From Candidatus Melainabacteria bacterium 17Bon1m (lineage in GTDB: Bacteria; Cyanobacteriota; Vampirovibrionia; Obscuribacterales; Obscuribacteraceae), in the NCBI GenBank assembly GCA_032128875.1, contig JAVLKG010000004.1:288001-352000 (forward strand): 64,000 bases of DNA. Direction: 5' to 3'. This document shows positions 58,412 through 64,000 of this stretch, in pieces. The notes beneath the pieces are model-generated. The model had not been told where the DNA came from, did no database searches, and worked only from the letters and a program-made list of their open reading frames with translations. Made by a program: the position numbers and the translations under genes. Positions within the stretch are counted from its first letter, which is position 1. The number at the start of each line of letters is the position of its first letter.

Positions 58412-59638
58412 CTAGTTTTTTATATAGTGCGGAACAAAAATCGCAGTGTTCCCTGTTACTGGGCTGTGGTCAGCACGCAGTCCGATGCCTGCTGGCTGAC
58501 CGTCAATTACCCAGCTTCCCATCACCAAGTGATAATCATTGTATTTTGGCAGTTCGTGCATGGCTTGTAGAATGTATCCCTCTGCGCCGTACACGCTTTC
58601 CTTTTCTAAATTTTGTTCGGGATTTTCCGGATCGATTATTGAAACGCTTCCTCCTTCGCGACCAAATATTGGTTTTCTCACGTGGCGAGACTGGCGAATC
58701 CATTGCGCATCGGCGGATTCGTCGTCAAAGGCGGTTTCCAAAAGATATTTATGACCATGGAAGAGCTGCCACAACATAGGCAAAATCGCTTTATTGGAGA
58801 GAATCATTTTCCATGTTGGTTCGATGAACTTTGTAATTTTTGATTCAGCTAAAGGTCCGAAAATTTGCCGCCCGAATTTCTTCTTCACCTCTGCATCTTC
58901 ATACATGATTTGTTCCCATGGATAAAGTTTGAAAAGTTGAGAGATGATGTTTCCTTCCATGTCGATCAAGCGACCCATGTTGTCGAACCCCAAGTCGTTC
59001 ATGAAAATGAATTTCGCCTCTAGCCCAGCTTGCATTGCGCAAGACTGCAGGTACTTCACTGTGTCTTCGTCTTCTGCAGAATCGTCGACGCTGGCCAGGT
59101 GAATAATATTTCCGTCTGTTTTGGCCTTTTCGAAAGAAGCGATTAAGCGATCGTGCAAGCTGTTAAATTGGTCCGATGATTCGGGAAGAGTTTTTTGGAC
59201 TTTCAAATCCTCCAACCAAAACCATTGCATGATTGATGCTTCGTACAATGAAGTAGGAGTGTCGAAGTTCAACTCGAGGAGCTTAAGCTCACCGTTGCTG
59301 TATGCGAAATCAAAACGACCATATATGGACTGATCATTTCTCCGCCACGATCTTCTGATTGCGTTGCGATATTGTGGTGCGATTTTCAAAGCGTCAAAAC
59401 AACGTTCTGAACTAGCACCATTTACTACAAAGTCCACAGCCTGGAGTGACATGTCATAAAGTTCGCTTGTAGCGGCTTCAATTACGTCTTCGACCTCCTC
59501 CATGGTCAAGACTCCGCAGAATGGCTCGTCCAAGGCTTCCACCCAATAAGGTGGATTGTCTAGGACGGCTGCTAGATAGCCAGCTTCGTCGGCACGTTCG
59601 CGCCAGTTGCGACGTGCAGTCATTTGTTCGAACTTCAT
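58412..59638 (-). CDS. Glutathionylspermidine synthase-like ATP-grasp protein (YgiC/YjfC family)
   Basis: YGRFDF, KLLE.N.DTPTSL.E, QFNSLH, FKLYPWE, EP.WK.ILSNK, RKP.FGREG, F.PH; ATG 59638 follows GGAG. Confidence 0.93.
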   Translation of the reverse strand: MKFEQMTARRNWRERADEAGYLAAVLDNPPYWVEALDEPFCGVLTMEEVEDVIEAATSELYDMSLQAVDFVVNGASSERCFDALKIAPQYRNAIRRSWRRNDQSIYGRFDFAYSNGELKLLELNFDTPTSLYEASIMQWFWLEDLKVQKTLPESSDQFNSLHDRLIASFEKAKTDGNIIHLASVDDSAEDEDTVKYLQSCAMQAGLEAKFIFMNDLGFDNMGRLIDMEGNIISQLFKLYPWEQIMYEDAEVKKKFGRQIFGPLAESKITKFIEPTWKMILSNKAILPMLWQLFHGHKYLLETAFDDESADAQWIRQSRHVRKPIFGREGGSVSIIDPENPEQNLEKESVYGAEGYILQAMHELPKYNDYHLVMGSWVIDGQPAGIGLRADHSPVTGNTAIFVPHYIKN

Positions 59639-59725
59639 TTCATTTACTCCAGGCGGAACAGCTTGATGCACTAGTGAATCCAAACGTGGATCCACTGCAT
59701 GCGTTTTACTTTGGATGATGCACGT

Positions 59726-60010
59726 TTACCCGCCGCAGAAGCGGAAGCCGCCGAACCAACCTCGTGAAACAGTGCCACTCGGCTTGGGCGTGCTGCCTGT
59801 TGCTATAGGCATACGGGTGCGTACTCCGTGACCGCCGGAATAGTGCGCGCTAGAAGACCGGTTTTCTTCCTTATCCTTATCTTTGTCCTTTTGCGCAATC
59901 GTTGTTGGTGTTGTTGAGCAACCCGTCAAAGTTGAGCTGAGTGCTACGAGTGTTCCAAGCGTGATGAACTTTATAGTTGAGCCGCGTTTTTCTTTTAACT
60001 GACTTTCCAT
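59726..60010 (-). CDS. Small lipoprotein partner of GspS-like ligase (YgiB/YjfM-like)
   Basis: Lipobox LTGC; disordered body; C-terminal SRGWFGG resembles the RGGFG tail of this partner class. Confidence 0.75.
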   Translation of the reverse strand: MESQLKEKRGSTIKFITLGTLVALSSTLTGCSTTPTTIAQKDKDKDKEENRSSSAHYSGGHGVRTRMPIATGSTPKPSGTVSRGWFGGFRFCGG

Positions 60011-60354
60011 GTTTTTAGAAACTAACCTCTCATCAGAATGCGATATTGCATTCGCAGTCTTTCGATTCTATAACCGGAACGGGCTTTGCTTGACAACCGC
60101 AACAAAAATTAAACACTCCTTGAAAGGCTTGTGGGAACGACGTTCTCGGTTGCGGGCGTAAATATGCAGTGCAAATATTGAAAAACGGTAGCTCGGCCTC
60201 GTGAAGTGAGCGTGAAGCGCCATTTCAATTCGAAAGGACTTCTAAAGAAAAGCAATTATCGATTGCTGTGCATGTAACGTGAATTTATCGCCGATAGAAA
60301 ACGAATCGCAAGACGTTTGTGTCAGCGAGTTTTTACTACATGTGGGGTGAACTA

Positions 60355-60963
60355 ATGAAAAAGCCTAACAAGACGTTTGCGTGGTTGGCACTGAGTATCA
60401 TTCTATGCACATCACAATATGTCTCAGTCAGTGGAAAAGACCCGACGTCTGTTCCGAGTTCTTCGACGGATAGGTTTGTCTCAACGCTTCCCAACACATC
60501 TGATGATCTTTCACAAACCCAAGGATTGGTCGATGGTCTTTACCTGATTCAACGCGAAGGTAAGTCGCAGAAGGAAATTCTTCCTCTCAAATCATCTGAG
60601 CACATCCTTCTCAATGACTATGAGTTTCTCGCTCCTGAGGAGCGAGGTGAGACCACCCATATAGTCGTGAGCCAGAAGTCTTTCGTGCCGCTTATTCTGG
60701 ACAGCGCCCCTGTGAAATCAAACGATAACGCTGGAAGACCCAAGGTAGAAATCTCGCTCGCGGAAAGTCAGATCAAACCTCTCGAAAGGTTCACAACCCA
60801 AAATTTGATGAAAAGTGTTGCCATTGTGATTGGTGGCAAGGTTGTGACCACGCACAAGATAAGAGTGCCGATCGTCGGAGGCAAAATGCAAATTACAAGA
60901 TGCACAGATCATGGATGCGAGGCTCTGTACACAAAGTTGCAGAAGCCTAGTGCATCGAAATAA
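60355..60963 (+). CDS. Secreted stand-alone SecDF P1-head-like domain protein
   Basis: GRP.V.I.L.......L..FT..N....VAIVI.GKVV....I...I.GG..QIT; signal peptide. Confidence 0.75.
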   Translation: MKKPNKTFAWLALSIILCTSQYVSVSGKDPTSVPSSSTDRFVSTLPNTSDDLSQTQGLVDGLYLIQREGKSQKEILPLKSSEHILLNDYEFLAPEERGETTHIVVSQKSFVPLILDSAPVKSNDNAGRPKVEISLAESQIKPLERFTTQNLMKSVAIVIGGKVVTTHKIRVPIVGGKMQITRCTDHGCEALYTKLQKPSASK

Positions 60964-60981
60964 TCAAAACTATCGCGCGCA

Positions 60982-61185
60982 TTATTTACGCGCTGTCCGT
61001 GCGTCCTTTAGCTGAGACTGCGGGCTGAGTGTATCGCTCTGTACAGCTGTACCATCGGATGTGTAGCCATGCGTCGTGTTGCCGGCCGACCGCGGCCAGA
61101 ATACGAACAAACTCAATACCAAAATAAACGAAGCGAATAAGAGGGCCATCGACACATTGGCTTGGTTATCTACTGCGGTTTTCAT
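60982..61185 (-). CDS. 67-aa single-TM small protein
   Basis: SD GAGG; TM helix ending in WP; putative ECF promoter upstream. Confidence 0.65.
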   Translation of the reverse strand: MKTAVDNQANVSMALLFASFILVLSLFVFWPRSAGNTTHGYTSDGTAVQSDTLSPQSQLKDARTARK

Positions 61186-61214
61186 GTTCTGATCCTCATT
61201 TTTGCTACAAAGTA

Positions 61215-61240
61215 AGACTCAAGCCCGTTCCGCCAGTTCC
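61215..61240 (-). promoter_or_regulatory. Putative ECF-sigma promoter GGAAC-N17-GTCT
   Basis: 29 nt upstream of ATG 61185. Confidence 0.6.
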
Positions 61241-61478
61241 CAAGCCGCTTTATGTTTGTTTTTGGTTGCTATCCTGTCCTGTCAGTGTCATTGGTCACGC
61301 GGTAAATGCACGGTTTCTATTTCTTGAGATTTTAGGTTAATTGAGGACATCTCACCGCGCTGACTGCCTTTCAGGGCGCGCCTGGATTAAACGAGCGTAT
61401 TTCCCCCATGTTCCGGCGCATGATTCGAAGGCACAATGGATTGGATTACAGCGTGAAGAGCCTGGAGCGAAGAACAGA

Positions 61479-61643
61479 ATGAGTCTAGGACATTTAGGGA
61501 TGCCTATCTTGTGGTTTTTCGGCGACTTTCGAAATGCCGGTATCAATGAAATTATCGGATTCTGTGGCGTCTTCGTCTGCTTTGTCGCTGTCGCGATCAG
61601 CTGGTATCAAATCAGGCGTGACGCGCAAAACCAACCCCACTGA
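61479..61643 (+). CDS. Small membrane protein
   Basis: 54 aa from ATG 61479; one clear TM helix followed by a basic stop-transfer (RR); stop abuts the convergent gene. Confidence 0.45.
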   Translation: MSLGHLGMPILWFFGDFRNAGINEIIGFCGVFVCFVAVAISWYQIRRDAQNQPH

Positions 61644-61648
61644 TCAAA

Positions 61649-62908
61649 CTATTTTTGATTTGAATAACGCATGCGAATAGGACCCATGTCGAGGAGCTGT
61701 TCGGCAGTACTTGAATGCAAATCGCGATCTCTCTTAGTGACGAGATCTGAAACATCTGCAATAGAAATGCACTGAAGCATTTTTTTGTCGTCTTGCGCCG
61801 GATCGATGATCAAGGCAGCTCGTATATGTTTGCATGCCGATTTGTAGTCTTTATCTCTAATATCGAGTCTGCAAAGAATAGAACTCGCTACAATTCGAGC
61901 TTGTGCAAGCGGTGTGGAAAAACTTTCCACCAGCTCACTGGGTATCTCGCTCGGTGGTTTTTCTCGTAATGAAACTGCTCTTTCGAGTAATGCTTTTGCT
62001 TGCTTTTCATCTCCCTGAGCAAGATGTGCTTTCGCTGCCGTAATCAGGTATTTGCACAGGTTTGGAATGTCGGCACCTGTTGGCGGTGACAAGTGTTCTT
62101 TAAGCCACTTTCCGGCCCGCGACTTCACACTCGCATCGACTTGAATCGGTTCTTCCAGGCGAAATTGTGAATCTGCGTCTTCAAACAATGAAAGGTAATT
62201 TTCAAAGGCTTCTTTGTACTTGCCGTGTTTTTCTTGCAAATAACCAACTCTTTTCAAAACTGCCTGTGCAACAACTGCCTTAGTGGCAGAGAATCTTTCA
62301 GCATCTGCTGATTTCTCAGTGGCGGCTTTCAAATTCTTTAAGGCTTCTACATCTTTTCCTACTGCCGCTTGCGCTGCGGCAAAATGGAGATAGAAGCGAA
62401 AACCTGGCACAAAGCCTTTACCAATTTTCTTGCTAGCTTTCTCGTATATGGTTATTGCGTCCAGGCGCTTGTGTTGACCATCGAGGCACTTAGCTCTCAA
62501 ATACAATGCGCTTCCTGTCTCGCGCTTTGGTGATTTGTCCAAGAGTTTTAGGGCTTCTGCGAAATCCTGTCTGCAGGTGAGGAAGTAAATTTTTCCGCCG
62601 TCACTCAGTTGCTGCATGTATTGAGTTTTGAACTCAGGATGGTTAGCACCATGCGTGAACGTCGCATATGCAAGTCCTTCTTTGCTCAGCATCCATCGCT
62701 TTTGCTCGGCGATTACCTTGGCTACTTCTTCCTTCATTTGCACATTGAGCTGGGCTTGCTGAACGCTGGTAAGCCTCTGCTGGGCAAGCGATTGACTAGC
62801 CGGTAGCGAAACCATTATCAATGCAAGAAGCAATGCATTGACGGTTGTCCTTGTGGCTTTCAAAGCTTTATTCGCCTGCATTTGTTTGGGTAATCGCGAA
62901 TCATACAT
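61649..62908 (-). CDS. Secreted TPR-like protein
   Basis: Signal peptide (SLA); TPR-like helices (ALYLRAKCLD, VGYLQEKHGKYKEAFENY); start uncertain. Confidence 0.75.
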   Translation of the reverse strand: MYDSRLPKQMQANKALKATRTTVNALLLALIMVSLPASQSLAQQRLTSVQQAQLNVQMKEEVAKVIAEQKRWMLSKEGLAYATFTHGANHPEFKTQYMQQLSDGGKIYFLTCRQDFAEALKLLDKSPKRETGSALYLRAKCLDGQHKRLDAITIYEKASKKIGKGFVPGFRFYLHFAAAQAAVGKDVEALKNLKAATEKSADAERFSATKAVVAQAVLKRVGYLQEKHGKYKEAFENYLSLFEDADSQFRLEEPIQVDASVKSRAGKWLKEHLSPPTGADIPNLCKYLITAAKAHLAQGDEKQAKALLERAVSLREKPPSEIPSELVESFSTPLAQARIVASSILCRLDIRDKDYKSACKHIRAALIIDPAQDDKKMLQCISIADVSDLVTKRDRDLHSSTAEQLLDMGPIRMRYSNQK

Positions 62909-63093
62909 TGTGAATCTCAAGGTGAAAGTCCGGGGTATTTGTCTCAATTGGGTCGAGTCAGCAAGGCGTCGTATCTACAAGGCTTATGGATGCTTGACTT
63001 CCCTCTGGTAAGGGATGAATTACCGAGCTATAAATGTCATTATAATTAACTCCTCGCGCAGTTTCTTTCAGAAATTCCAGTAGGTGGGGTCAC

Positions 63094-64000
63094 TTGCAAA
63101 GCGATGTGCACATTCCTGTTGTAATTGTCGATGACCAAACGGTCATGCGCATCGGCTTGAAAATTGTGCTTGAGAGAATCCCTGGAGTTAAGGTGGTCGC
63201 AGAGGCTCAGGACGGAAAAGAGGCGATCGATGTCTCGCTGCGGTTGCGTCCCGCGATCATTTTGATGGATATTTCGATGCCAAACATGGACGGCATTCAG
63301 GCAACCGAGATCATCAAAGAAAAGTTGCCCGAGACACGCGTTGTAATGTTCACTTCAAATGAGGATGAAGCTGCGTTTTTGCAAGCTCTCGCTGCAGGTG
63401 CGGATGCTTATTGTTTGAAGGATGCAAGTGAAAGGCAATTGCAATCTGCTATGTCTGCTGTTTTGCAAGGTGCTAAATGGTTGGATCATGGATTGGCAAA
63501 GCGGGTTTTATCGGAAAGTTCTTCTGCTTCACAACGCCTTAAGCGCAATCTGATTACTCCGCAACAGATGAAGATATTCGAGCTGATAGAGCATGGCCTC
63601 AATATTGAAGAAATAGCCAGAAAGTTGGGTTGCGATGTCACAAGCGTGAAGATGGATTTGCGCACAGCAGTTGATTGTCTCGAACCCGATTCAATGAATA
63701 AATCTACAAGGTTGATGGCAAATCTGCGCCCCATGCTTGAGTCGAGTGACGCAGTAAAAGACTATTCAACCGGCGAAACTCGAGAGAAGCAGGTTGATGA
63801 CATAGTCTCTGAAAAATACCGCATTGAGAAAGTTTTGGGTCGTGGTGGCATGAGCGTGGTCTATCTTGCGCGCCACATTTCTCTCGGCAAGTTAGTTGCA
63901 ATAAAAATGATGCATTTAAATATGGTGGCAACCGGTTCTTTCTTGCAGAGGTTTGAGCGTGAGGCAAAAATCGCCAGTTCGCTCAATCATACTAACATTG
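63094..64000 (+). CDS. NarL-type response regulator (REC + LuxR-like HTH) fused to a Ser/Thr protein kinase; runs off the window
   Basis: My translation from TTG 63094: VVIVDD..LMDISMPNMDG..FTS..YCLKD (REC), ITPQQMKIFELI..GL..EEIARKL (HTH), KYRIEKVLGRGGMSVVYLARH...VAIK...RFEREAK (kinase subdomains I-III). Confidence 0.9.
   Translation, partial: MQSDVHIPVVIVDDQTVMRIGLKIVLERIPGVKVVAEAQDGKEAIDVSLRLRPAIILMDISMPNMDGIQATEIIKEKLPETRVVMFTSNEDEAAFLQALAAGADAYCLKDASERQLQSAMSAVLQGAKWLDHGLAKRVLSESSSASQRLKRNLITPQQMKIFELIEHGLNIEEIARKLGCDVTSVKMDLRTAVDCLEPDSMNKSTRLMANLRPMLESSDAVKDYSTGETREKQVDDIVSEKYRIEKVLGRGGMSVVYLARHISLGKLVAIKMMHLNMVATGSFLQRFEREAKIASSLNHTNI

Noticed and set aside
60133-60160. Further GGAAC site upstream of the SecDF-head gene
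   Set aside because: The position after N17 reads GCGT rather than GTC, and it is far from the start.
62920-62940. GAAAGTCCGGG resembling RNase P RNA P4
   Set aside because: Lacks the GAGGAAAGTCC context and the 3' partner; lies at a CDS 5' end.
1-64000. CRISPR array, rRNA, tRNA, integrase or IS transposase
   Set aside because: No regularly spaced direct repeats, RNA gene signatures or recombinase motifs were seen.

Overview
Bacterial chromosomal window with about 58 CDSs. I found no rRNA, tRNA, CRISPR array or intact transposase. The gene repertoire (TPR-matrixin, secreted caspase, REC-kinase fusion, RRM protein, many secreted hypotheticals) suggests a non-photosynthetic cyanobacterial relative such as Obscuribacterales/Melainabacteria, but this is inference only. 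Highlights: (1) a three-gene operon (35523-39835) encoding a Tat-exported thiocyanate-dehydrogenase-like copper beta-propeller with Gln at one Cu-ligand His position, a MacB/LolE-type permease, and an ABC ATPase fused to a TM helix and extracytoplasmic domain; (2) a Family 1 encapsulin operon (22903-24437) whose cargo is a compact tandem-HHE four-helix protein with a long Gly/His linker and a variant WTVGPL targeting peptide; (3) a recurrent GGAAC-N17-GTC(T/C/A) ECF-sigma-type promoter in front of six transcription units, mostly small unknown proteins plus an NRAMP-UdgX operon; (4) an animal-GLS-like glutaminase; (5) a pair of paralogous small membrane proteins, REP-like doublets, and polyamine/glutamate genes (patA, PuuB-like oxidase, GspS-like ligase). 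All family assignments come from motif recognition and recalled reference sequences, not from database searches.
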